A stretch of 64,000 nucleotides of DNA from Candidatus Brocadiia bacterium (GTDB taxonomy: Bacteria > Planctomycetota > Brocadiia > CAIUPP01): NCBI GenBank assembly GCA_050015075.1, contig JBEKCB010000008.1:89743-153742 (forward strand), written 5' to 3'. This document shows positions 32,201 to 39,776 of the stretch, in pieces (position 1 is the stretch's first letter; the number at the start of each line of letters is the position of its first letter). Both the position numbers and the translations under genes were made by a program. The notes below the pieces were generated by a model. The model worked only from the letters and a program-made list of their open reading frames with translations, did no database searches and was not told where the DNA came from.

Positions 32201-35200
32201 ACGGGCGACACGAACGTCGGGTCAGCGGCGATGTTCGCGCCGCTATCCGTGCCGATCGAACTGTTCCATCCAGCCCCGCTGCCGCCGCAGCCGGCAACGT
32301 CGCTGTAGCTAAACGTTGCGATGAGAGTATCGTTGCAGACCTCCGCAGCCGTATTGGCGCTGTCGCCCCACAGGATGCAGTTGGTGACGGTCGCGGAAGA
32401 ATTGTTGTAAATCCCGCCGCCCTGCGACGCCGCCAGGTTCCCGCTGAAGGTGCAGTTCGTAATGCTCGGAGAGCCGCCAGCGTTGCACAGCCCGCCACCG
32501 TCGTTGCTTGCCGCGTTTCCGCTGAACAGGCAGTTCGTGACGGTCGAGGATGAACCGGCGTCGTTGCACATCCCGGCGCCGGTGGTTGCCGAGTCACCAC
32601 TGAACACGCAGTTCGTGAATGTCGGAGAGCAGCTATTGTCGTACACCCCGCCGCCATAAGACTCTGCTAAGTTGCCGCTGAACGTGCAGTTCGTGACGGT
32701 CGGGGAGCAGCCCTGGTTGTACATTCCGCCGCCGTCGCAATGAGGCGCGTTTGAAGCGCTCGCATTTCCGCCGGTGATCGTGAAACCGTCCAGGACCGCC
32801 GTGTTGTTCAGGCTCAGACCGTTGTAAGAGTTATTCTGATATACCACGTGGTAGCAGGTGTCCCCGCCTGACAGGATCGTGACGTTCGCCGTCCAGTTCC
32901 GCTGGCCGAGCAACGTCTCCGTGCCGGCGAAGCCGCCGTAGATGCTGACGCCGTTGATCATCTCAAAATGATCGCCCGCCGCGCCGATGCCGAGTCCGTA
33001 GTCGCTCGTCGGCGCGTAGGTCCCGGCCGCGACCCATATCTGGTCGCCCGACGCGGCCGCATTCAGCGCGGACTGGAGCTGGACAAAGGCGTCCGTCCAC
33101 GAAGTCCCATTGTTCGCGCCGGTCGCGTTCTGCTTCACGTAGATGATGCCGCTGTTCAGCGTGTACTGCGCTACGGCGCTTGTGGCCGCGGTCAGCGTGA
33201 ACGCGACAGACCTCGCGCCGGCGGTCTGTGCCGCGCCGTTGATCGTCCAATGCGCGAAGGTGTACCCGGCCGGGTCCGTCGCCGGCGCCGTCAGGTTCAC
33301 ATTCGTGCCGTAGCCGGCGCTCGGCAGCGTGTAATTCGTCGTCCCGCCATCGGCGCCGCTGGATGTGACGACGACACCGGCCGGCGGCGTGGACTGCACG
33401 CTCAGCGTGTACGTGTTCAGCGTGTACTGCGCCACGGCCAGGATGTTTTGGCTGAAGACCTGGACGCGGTTGTTGCCCCTTGCGGTCACATAGACATTAC
33501 CCGCGCTGTCGAGGGCGAGGCCAGCGGGTTCACTGAATTGTCCCACGCCGTTGCCAAAGGTGCCCCACTGGGTGATATAAGCGCCGGAGGAGGTAAACTC
33601 CTGGATACGGTTATTCATGTTGTCGGCCACGTAGACGTTTCCGGCGCTGCTGACGCCGATGCCCCAGGGCCCGTTCTCGAGTAAGAACTGCCCGTCGCCG
33701 GTGCCGCTGCTGCCCCACTGGGTGACGAGAGCGCCGCTCGAGGTGAACTTCTCGACGCGGGTGTTGTACTCGTCGATCACATAGACATTATCCGAGCTGT
33801 CGAGAGCGATGCCCGCGGGGGCTTGGGTGCTGGGCCACTGGGTGAGGTACACGCCGGCGGAGGTGAACACCTGGACGCGATTGTTATTATAGTCGCTCAC
33901 ATAGACATCGCCGGTGATGCGGCTGACGGCGACACCATCGGGCTCCTGGAACTGACCATTCGCGGCGCCAAGGCTGCCCCACTGAGTGATGTAAGCGCCG
34001 GAGGAGGTAAACTTCTGGATGCGGTTGTTAAACCATTCGGTCACGTAGACATTGCCGACGCTGTCGACGGCGATGCCGGCGGGGCCATTGAACTGACCAT
34101 TGCCGGTGCCGTCGCTGCCCCACTGGCTGACGTATTCACCGCTGGAGGTGAATTTCTGGATGCGGTTGTTGTAAAAGTCGCACACATAAACATTGCCGGC
34201 GTTGTCCAGGGCGATGCCCTCGGGGCTATCGAACTGTCCATTGCCGCTGCCACCACTGCCCCAGATGGCGTCGGTGTCGGGGGCTGGGAACGTCACGGAC
34301 TTCTGCCCGGCGGTCAGCGCCGCGCCGTTCAACGTCCATTGCGAGAAGGTGTACCCGGTCGGGTCCGTTGCCGGGGCCACGAGGTTCACGCTGGCCCCTG
34401 ATGTCATTCGCAGCACGCTATAGTTGGTCGTTCCGCCGTCGCCCGTGCTCGAAGCGATTCCCAGCCCGGTCATCGGCATGGACTGGACGTTGAGCGTGTA
34501 ACTGGTATACTCCGCGACCGCCGTCGTGGCCCCAGTCAACGTGAACGTGATGGAACTCTGCCCGGGAGTCTGCCCCACGCCGTTCACCGTCCATTCCGAG
34601 AAGGTGTAAACCCCGCTCAAGTCCGTCGCCGGGGCCTGCAGGTTCACGCTCGTTCCGTAAGCGACGCTCGACACGGTGTAGTTCGCCGTCCCGCCGTAGG
34701 CGCCGCTCGAAGTGATCACGATCCCGGCCGGCGGCGTGGACTGCACCGTCAGCGTATAGGTGTTCACCGTGTACTGCGCCACCGCCGTCGTGGCTGCAGT
34801 CATCGTGAACGTGATGGACTTCGCCCCGGCGGTTTGCGCCGTACCGTTCACCGTCCACTGCCAGAAGGTGTACCCGGTCGGGTCCGTCGCCGGGGCCGCC
34901 AGGTTCACGCTCGTCCCGTACGCGACGCCCGACATTGTGTAGTTCGACGTCCCGCCGTCGGCCGTACTTGAAGTGATAACGATCCCCGTCGCCGGCGTGG
35001 ACTGCACCGTCAGCGCGTAGGTGTTCAGCGTGTATTGCGCCACCGCCGTTGTGGCCGCAGTCATCGTGAACGTGATCGCCTTCTGCCCGGCGGTCTGCGC
35101 CGCGCCGTTCACCGTCCACTGCGAGAAGGTGTACCCGGTCGGGTCCGTCGCCGGCGCCACCAGGTTCACGCTCGTCCCGTACGCAACGCTCGACACGGTG

Positions 35201-38200
35201 TAGTTCGTCGTGCCGCCGTCGGCACCGCTCGAGGTGACCGCGACGCCGGTGAGCGGCGTGGACTGCACCGTCAGCGCATAGGTGTTCACCGTATACTGCG
35301 CCACCGCCGTCGTGGCTGCGTTCATTACGAACGTGATGGACTTCTGCCCGGCGGTTTGCGCCGTTCCGTTCACCGTCCATTTCGAGAAGGTGTATCCGGT
35401 CGGGTCCGTCGCCGGCGCCGCCAGGTTCACGCTCGTCCCGTACGCGACGCTCGACACCGTATAGTTCGTCGTGCCGCCGTCGGCGCCGGTTGAACCGATA
35501 ATGACCCCAGTCAGCGGCGTGGACTGCACCGTCAGCGTGTAGGTGTTCAGCGCGTACTGTGCCACCGCCGTTGTGGCTGCGGCCATCGTGAACGTGATTG
35601 ACTTCTGAAGAGCGGTCTGAGCCGTTCCGTTCACCGTCCACTGCGTGAAGGTGTATCCAACCGGGTCCGTCGCCGGAGCCGTCAGCTCCACGCTCGTCCC
35701 ATACGAGACGTTCGACACCGTGTAGTTCGTCTTCCCGCCGTCGCTGCTGGTTGAACCGATAATGACCCCGGTCGGCGGCGTAGACTGCACCGTCAACGTA
35801 TAGGTGTTCAGCTTGTACTGCGCCACGGCCGTCGTAACCGCGGCCATCGCGAACGTGATGGACTTCTGCCCGGCGGTTTGCGCCGTACCGTTCACCGTCC
35901 ACTTCGAGAAGGTGTACCCGGTCGGGTCCGTCGCCGGCGCCACCAGGTTCACGCTCGTCCCGTACGCGACGCTCGACACCGTGTAGTTCGTCGTGCCGCC
36001 GTCGGCGCCGCTCGAAGTGATCGCGACGCCGGTCAGCGGCGTGGACTGCACCGTCAGCGTGTAGGTGTTCGTCGTGTACTGTGCCACCGCCGTCGCGGCC
36101 ACTGCGGGCATCGTGAACGTGATGTTCTTCAGCCCGGCGGTCTGAGCCGTACCGTTCACCGTCCACTGCGAGAACGTGTATCCGGTCGGATCCGTCGCCG
36201 GCGCCGCCAGGTTCACACTCGCCGCGTATGCGACGGCATAGGTGTAGTTCGTCGTGCCGGCGTCGGCGGTGCTCGAAGTGATAAGGATCCCGGTCGGCGG
36301 CGCGGACTGAACCGACAGCTGGCACGTAGTGCCCTGGAACTCGTAGGCGCCCATGTCCGCCCAGGGCGGGCCGATCCCGACGTTCGGCATGCCAGAGTCG
36401 TCGTGCGGGGGATTCCCGTCTTTGTCCGTGGCCGGCGCGAGCGGACCGTCCGCCGAGTTAATACACGGCGAACCGGCACTCAACCGAAAGTTCCCGCCTG
36501 CAGCGGTCACGAACAGCGGATTCGCGGCGATGTTCCCGCCGCCGTCCGTCCCGATGGAGGCTTTCCACCCCGCCCCGCTGCCGCCGCAGCCGGTGATGTC
36601 GCAAAAGCCGAACGCCGGAGAGCTGGTACTATCGGTGTTGAGGACTTCCGCGCCTGTCGTCGCGCTGTCGTTCCACAGGATGCAGTTCGTCACGGTCGGG
36701 GTGGAATAAGAGTCGTTGTACATGCCGCCGCCCGATTCTGCAGAGTTCCCGCTGAACGTGCAGTTCAGGAGGGTCGGGGTGGAATACCAGTTGTCCATTC
36801 CGCCGCCATAACCCGATGCCACCGAGTTTCCGGTGAACGTGCAGTTCGTGACGGTCGGAAAGGAATCCTCGTTGTCCATCCCGCCGCCATACCCGCCCGC
36901 CGAGTTGCCGCTGAACGCGCAGTTCGTGACGGTCGCGCCGGAAAACCAGTTCTCCATCCCGCCGCCGTAACCGGTGGTCGTGTTTCCGGTGAACGTGCAG
37001 TTCGTGACGGTCGGAGAGCAGGAATAGTTGTACATTCCGCCGCCATCGGAGAGGTCCGCGTTGTTGGAGTCAGCAGAACCGTTCGCATCTCCGCCTGTGA
37101 TCCTGAAACCGTCCAGAACAGCGGTGTTGTCCAGCGCCAACTCATTGTATAAGTTGTCGTGATAGAACACGTGGTAGCATTTGCCCTGGCCGGTCAGAGT
37201 CGTGACGTTCGTCGTCCAGTTCCGCTGGCTGAGCAACGTCTCGGTCCCCGCGAATCCGCCGTAGATGGCGACGCCGTTCTGCATCTCGAAATGGTTGCCC
37301 GCCGCGCCGACGCCGATAGCGTAGTCGCTCGTCGGCAAGTACGTCCCCGCCGCGACCCAGATCTGGTCGCCGGATGCGGCCGCATCCAGCGCGGACTGGA
37401 GCAGGACAAAGGCATTCGTCCACGACGTCCCGTTGTTTGCTCCGGCGGCCTTCAGGTTCACATAAATGATGTGCGTGTACTGCGCCACGGCGGTCGTGGC
37501 CCCAGCCGTCGCGAAGGTGATGGACTTCTGCCCGTCAGCCTGTGCCGCGCCGTTCACCGTCCACTGCGAGAAGGTGTACCCGGCCGGGTCAGTCGCCGGG
37601 GCCACAAGGTTCACGCTGGTGCCGAGCGCGATGCCTTGCACCACGTAGTTCGTCGTGCCGCTGTAGCCCGTGCTCGAACCGATAGACAGGCCGGTTGGCG
37701 GTGTGGACTGAACGGCCAGTGTTGTGGACACCGTGAAGTCATTCCCCCAGACGTCGCCCGACGTCATGTTGCTGTCCGCAGAGATTCCGGTGACGGCCGT
37801 CAGGTTCGTGTAGGTTTGGCCGGACACCGTCGCGCTGAGGGTATACGTTGAAGCGGAGGGAACTCCGGCGAAAGCATAGATGCCATTCGCATTCGTGAGG
37901 GTCGTCCAGGTGCCGCCGGCAGAGCGAACGGCATGGACTGTCGCTCCGGAGACGGGGCTATCGCTCGCATCCAATACGCGCCCGCTGATGATCTCGCCCG
38001 TGCCGGCGAGGTACACGTTGTACACGCACTGGTCTACCTGGTTAAAGTCCGATCCCGATACGACAGCATCTATGAAGGGCAGGTTGTACCAGGCGTTGTC
38101 TATTCCGCTCCAGCCCATGTTCAGGTGGTGGTAAAGGGTGGAGCTGTCGTATCCGTAGCCATCGGCGACGACCTCATGCCCGCCAACGGGCCCGTAGATG

Positions 38201-39267
38201 TTTAAGAGACACGGAAAACCGGCGTCGAGGTTGGGATTGAGCATGCCGATCAAGGCGCTGCCCATATTGTTGTTGCCATTGCCGCCGCAAACGGAGTTGC
38301 TATAGAAGAACACCTGTTTCAGAGCATTGGAGACGGGAATGGCCGATGAGATTCCGGAGCCGCTTGCGGCGTACTGCATGTTGACGGAAACGCCGGCGTC
38401 GTAGCAGAGCGCCCCGATCGCCTGGCATTGCGCAGTGGTGATTGAGCCGCTCGGAACCAGCACCATGTCGGCCCAATCGTAGGCCCCGCCTCTCCCGTTC
38501 CCGCCGCGGAGGCTGGCGTACTCGGGCGTTCCATCCACGGTGATTGAGAAGCTGGCCGTCCCCACTCCGGTGGCGGGATACTGCCAAAAGCGCATCAACT
38601 GGGCCATGGCGGTCGCGACACAGCCGCAGGGGTCGTTGTTCTCGGAACCGTTCGGACCCGGCGGTATGTAGTAGTTGTAACAAGCGATGTTCGTATCATC
38701 CCCCGCGACGTCCTCGGACCACTGGGTTTGAGTAAGCGGATCCACCCGAACGTCGGACACACTGCTGAGCGGACTCATGATCAATCCGGCCGGCGCCGCG
38801 GCTGTGGTCCGGAACGTGTCCCACTTCCGTTGCGCTCTCTTAATGCCCGGCTGCAGGCCGGCGGGCGGCTGCTTTGCCCGCGCCAGGGCCAGGCGCGCCG
38901 GAATGTCCCGCATCACCAACGCGCCCAAGGCGTTCTTGTCGGAAGCGACGTACTTGCCCGCCGGGCTGAAGGCAATAATGGGTTCGACGAGGTCGTCCGC
39001 CGGCACGATCACAAAGCCGGAGGGCTTGAGATAAACTACGTAATACTCCGGATTGCCGGCGGCGTCGGTGAAGACCGCAGTTTCCTTGACCGCGTTGCCG
39101 ATGGGCGCTTTCAATCCGCGTCCCGGCTGCTTAAGCCAGCCGCCGACCGCGTTCGCGGCATCCTCTTTGGCAACCGGCTTTGCGAACACACCGGGGCAGA
39201 ACAATGACACGGCGGCGAGGGCGACGGTTACGAACCATACGCTCCCAGCGCGGCTGGACGGATGCAT
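26260..39267 (-). CDS. Giant secreted C10-family cysteine protease (4335 aa) with prodomain, two beta-helix domains, an NHL propeller and 32 repeats of about 87 aa
   Basis: Signal peptide; GFVIVPADD..EPIIAFS prodomain; GCVATAMAQLMRFW (Cys), GHEVVADGY (His), HLNMGWSG; GGGM.N...TVTNCTF repeats ending DMGAYE; NHL repeats. Confidence 0.9.
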   Translation of the reverse strand: MHPSSRAGSVWFVTVALAAVSLFCPGVFAKPVAKEDAANAVGGWLKQPGRGLKAPIGNAVKETAVFTDAAGNPEYYVVYLKPSGFVIVPADDLVEPIIAFSPAGKYVASDKNALGALVMRDIPARLALARAKQPPAGLQPGIKRAQRKWDTFRTTAAAPAGLIMSPLSSVSDVRVDPLTQTQWSEDVAGDDTNIACYNYYIPPGPNGSENNDPCGCVATAMAQLMRFWQYPATGVGTASFSITVDGTPEYASLRGGNGRGGAYDWADMVLVPSGSITTAQCQAIGALCYDAGVSVNMQYAASGSGISSAIPVSNALKQVFFYSNSVCGGNGNNNMGSALIGMLNPNLDAGFPCLLNIYGPVGGHEVVADGYGYDSSTLYHHLNMGWSGIDNAWYNLPFIDAVVSGSDFNQVDQCVYNVYLAGTGEIISGRVLDASDSPVSGATVHAVRSAGGTWTTLTNANGIYAFAGVPSASTYTLSATVSGQTYTNLTAVTGISADSNMTSGDVWGNDFTVSTTLAVQSTPPTGLSIGSSTGYSGTTNYVVQGIALGTSVNLVAPATDPAGYTFSQWTVNGAAQADGQKSITFATAGATTAVAQYTHIIYVNLKAAGANNGTSWTNAFVLLQSALDAAASGDQIWVAAGTYLPTSDYAIGVGAAGNHFEMQNGVAIYGGFAGTETLLSQRNWTTNVTTLTGQGKCYHVFYHDNLYNELALDNTAVLDGFRITGGDANGSADSNNADLSDGGGMYNYSCSPTVTNCTFTGNTTTGYGGGMENWFSGATVTNCAFSGNSAGGYGGGMDNEDSFPTVTNCTFTGNSVASGYGGGMDNWYSTPTLLNCTFSGNSAESGGGMYNDSYSTPTVTNCILWNDSATTGAEVLNTDSTSSPAFGFCDITGCGGSGAGWKASIGTDGGGNIAANPLFVTAAGGNFRLSAGSPCINSADGPLAPATDKDGNPPHDDSGMPNVGIGPPWADMGAYEFQGTTCQLSVQSAPPTGILITSSTADAGTTNYTYAVAYAASVNLAAPATDPTGYTFSQWTVNGTAQTAGLKNITFTMPAVAATAVAQYTTNTYTLTVQSTPLTGVAITSSGADGGTTNYTVSSVAYGTSVNLVAPATDPTGYTFSKWTVNGTAQTAGQKSITFAMAAVTTAVAQYKLNTYTLTVQSTPPTGVIIGSTSSDGGKTNYTVSNVSYGTSVELTAPATDPVGYTFTQWTVNGTAQTALQKSITFTMAAATTAVAQYALNTYTLTVQSTPLTGVIIGSTGADGGTTNYTVSSVAYGTSVNLAAPATDPTGYTFSKWTVNGTAQTAGQKSITFVMNAATTAVAQYTVNTYALTVQSTPLTGVAVTSSGADGGTTNYTVSSVAYGTSVNLVAPATDPTGYTFSQWTVNGAAQTAGQKAITFTMTAATTAVAQYTLNTYALTVQSTPATGIVITSSTADGGTSNYTMSGVAYGTSVNLAAPATDPTGYTFWQWTVNGTAQTAGAKSITFTMTAATTAVAQYTVNTYTLTVQSTPPAGIVITSSGAYGGTANYTVSSVAYGTSVNLQAPATDLSGVYTFSEWTVNGVGQTPGQSSITFTLTGATTAVAEYTSYTLNVQSMPMTGLGIASSTGDGGTTNYSVLRMTSGASVNLVAPATDPTGYTFSQWTLNGAALTAGQKSVTFPAPDTDAIWGSGGSGNGQFDSPEGIALDNAGNVYVCDFYNNRIQKFTSSGEYVSQWGSDGTGNGQFNGPAGIAVDSVGNVYVTEWFNNRIQKFTSSGAYITQWGSLGAANGQFQEPDGVAVSRITGDVYVSDYNNNRVQVFTSAGVYLTQWPSTQAPAGIALDSSDNVYVIDEYNTRVEKFTSSGALVTQWGSSGTGDGQFLLENGPWGIGVSSAGNVYVADNMNNRIQEFTSSGAYITQWGTFGNGVGQFSEPAGLALDSAGNVYVTARGNNRVQVFSQNILAVAQYTLNTYTLSVQSTPPAGVVVTSSGADGGTTNYTLPSAGYGTNVNLTAPATDPAGYTFAHWTINGAAQTAGARSVAFTLTAATSAVAQYTLNSGIIYVKQNATGANNGTSWTDAFVQLQSALNAAASGDQIWVAAGTYAPTSDYGLGIGAAGDHFEMINGVSIYGGFAGTETLLGQRNWTANVTILSGGDTCYHVVYQNNSYNGLSLNNTAVLDGFTITGGNASASNAPHCDGGGMYNQGCSPTVTNCTFSGNLAESYGGGVYDNSCSPTFTNCVFSGDSATTGAGMCNDAGSSSTVTNCLFSGNAASNDGGGLCNAGGSPSITNCTFSGNLAASQGGGIYNNSSATVTNCILWGDSANTAAEVCNDTLIATFSYSDVAGCGGSGAGWNSSIGTDSGANIAADPTFVSPVAAFFSPTTTGDYRLRAGSPCIDAGNNAAVPSGVTTDLDGNPRIVGPAVDMGAYEFQGTCNLAVQSAPPTGLSIGSSRGNAGTTDYTDTVGYDASVNLQAPATDPLGYTFSQWTVNSAAQTAGQKSITFTVPTNMVAVAQYTANSYTLNVQSTPPTGVVITSTSGNGGATNYAGTAVYATSVNLAAPATDPTGYTFSQWTVNGAAQAAGQKSITFPMTAGATAVAQYTLNTYTLTVQSTPPTGLSIGSSTGNDGTTSYTNTVGYGISVDLQAPATDPTGYTFSCWTLNGTPQPAGEKEITPTMPAMAMTAVAVYTVNTYALTVQSTPPTGVVITSTSGNSGTTNYAVSSIAYNTSVNLAAPATDPTGYTFSQWTVNGAAQTAGQKSITFPMSAGTTAVAQYTANPYTLNVQSTPPTGIVVTSSGADGGATNYTVTGVGYGTSVNLATPATDPTGYTFSQWTVNGAAQTAGQKSITFPMTAGATAVAQYTLNTYALTVQSTPVTGLRIGSSTGDGGATNYTVSSVSYGASVNLAAPATDPAGYVFSQWTVNGAAQTAGQKAITFTMPAAATAVAQYAPVYALSVQSMPPTGIVITSGSADGGTTNYTVPGVASGASVNLAAPATDPAGYVFSQWTVNGAAQTAGQKSITFTMIAAATAVAEYTPTYTLAVQSTPPTGLGIASSTGNNGTTNYADTVVYGTSVNLQAPATDPGGYTFSQWTVNGAAQSPGQKSVTFTLNAAVTAVAQYTSNMSYALTVESTPPTGLSIGSSTGQGGTTKCTIPGVGYGTAVNLQAPATDPGGYSFSQWTVNGAAQSPGQKSVTFTMDAAVTAVAKYTPNTGYTLSMQSTPPTGLSIGSSTGHSGTTNCAMSGVCNGTCVNVAAPDADPAGYTFSRWTVNGAAQGPGQKSVTFTMDAAVTAVAHYTANISYTLTVQSTPVGKQAIGSSTGQGGTTSYTKTGIAYGTSVNLAAPATDPAGYTFSQWTLNGAAQPDGQKSITFTIDAAVTAVAEYTANTGYTLTVQSTPPGKQVVTSSTFDGGITNYTVPGVAYGTSVNVAAPATDPAGYTFSQWTVNGAAQAPGQKSVTFTMDGAVTAVAEYTANIGYTLTVDSTPPAKQVITSSTGQNGTTNYAKSGVGNGTSVNLQAPAADPAGYTFSQWTVNGAAQTPGQKSVTFTMDGAVTAVAEYTSNIGYALTVDSTPPTGLVISSSTGQNGTTNYVKAGVGNGTSVNLQAPATDPAGYTFSQWTVNGAAQTAGEKSITFTMDGGMTAVAQYTLNGYALTVESTPPAGLSIGSSTGQKGTTNYYTNKSVGNGTSVNLQAPATDPAGYTFSQWTLNGVAQTAGEKSITFTMDGGMTAVAQYTLNGYTLTVQSTPPAGQGIGSSTGQSGTTNYTITGIGDGASVNLAAPATDPAGYTFSQWTLNGAAQPDGQKSITFTMDAAVTAAAHYTANISYTLTVQSTPAGKQAIGSSTGNSGTTNYANTVAYGTTVNLAAPATDPAGYTFSQWTLNGAAQPDGQKSITFTMDAAVTALAHYTANVGYTLTVQSTPPGKQVVTSSTFDGGITNYTVPGVAYGTSVNVAAPATDPGGYTFSQWTVNGAAQAPGQKSVTFTMDGAVTAVAEYTANIGYTLTVDSTPPTGLVISSSTGRNGTTNYVKGGVGNGTSVNLQAPATDPAGYTFSQWTVNGAGQSPGQKSVTFTMDGAVTAVAQYTANMGYTLSVQATTPGKQVIGSSTGHGGTTNYTKAGVAYGTSVNVQAPATDPAGYTFSQWTVDGAAQTPGQKSVTFTISAAVTAVAQYTANVGYALTVQSTPPVKQVIGSSTGHGGTTNYTKTGVAYGTSVNLQAPATDPAGYTFLQWTVNGAAQPDGQKSITLTMDAAVTAVAHYTSNIGYALTVQSTPPVKQVISSSTGHGGTTNYTRTGVAYGTSVNLQAPATDPAGYTFSHWTVSGAVQPAAQKSVTFTMTAATTAVAVYVKGH
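26266..32030 (-). repeat. Tandem array of 22 coding repeats (about 260 bp each)
   Basis: Unit YTLTVQSTPP...GTTNY...VNL.APATDP.GYTFSQWTVNG...KSITFTM...TAVAQY; counted by eye. Confidence 0.9.
33155..36330 (-). repeat. Array of 9 coding repeats, one split by an NHL domain
   Basis: Same unit; one further single copy at about 37475..37730. Confidence 0.85.
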
Positions 39268-39518
39268 AAGCGTTCATCCTACTCTGGCAAGGCAGGGCGT
39301 AGCCCGTTCTTGCGGCGACGAGACCCTGGTTCCCGGATAGCGGCTATTCGATGACTCAGACTTGGACAACAGTTCTTGGGCGCGCGGGTGTGCGAGCAGT
39401 AGTTCAGCGGATAGCGCCGCACGGCATAGCGCCGCATTTTCGCCAATATCCACCCTTCTACGACGGCCCCGGCGATACCGCTCTGGGTCGTCGTGAGCCA
39501 GCCCTGGCGAACACATCA

Positions 39519-39547
39519 TTTATACTCTTTCGGAGCAATGCTGTCAA
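39519..39547 (-). promoter_or_regulatory. Putative sigma70 promoter for giant protease gene
   Basis: TTGACA-N17-TATAAA on minus strand, about 250 nt upstream of ATG. Confidence 0.6.
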
Positions 39548-39776
39548 AGGAATTGTTTGAGGGGCCACACTGACGAATCGCGTACGCTTCAGGGCTGAAG
39601 TGGGGTCCAAGACGCGACAGGAGATGACGTAGATTCCGGGCATGGCCAAGAGGGGCCGAAATGCAGTTGGAGATGACCTCTGACGCCCGCTGGCGCCCTC
39701 TTACCCGCCGCTTGATGGACTCTTCCGCCGCCTTCGTGAAGTTGAACGACGCGGCAATGACAATACGGCCGTTCTT

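Noticed and set aside
26266-36330. Repeat arrays as CRISPR or DGR template/variable repeats
   Set aside because: Units are about 260-bp in-frame coding repeats with no unique spacers; no cas or reverse transcriptase gene in the window
39268-39512. Riboswitch in the long leader of the giant protease gene
   Set aside because: No recognisable aptamer consensus; only a short direct repeat (gcggcgctat twice)
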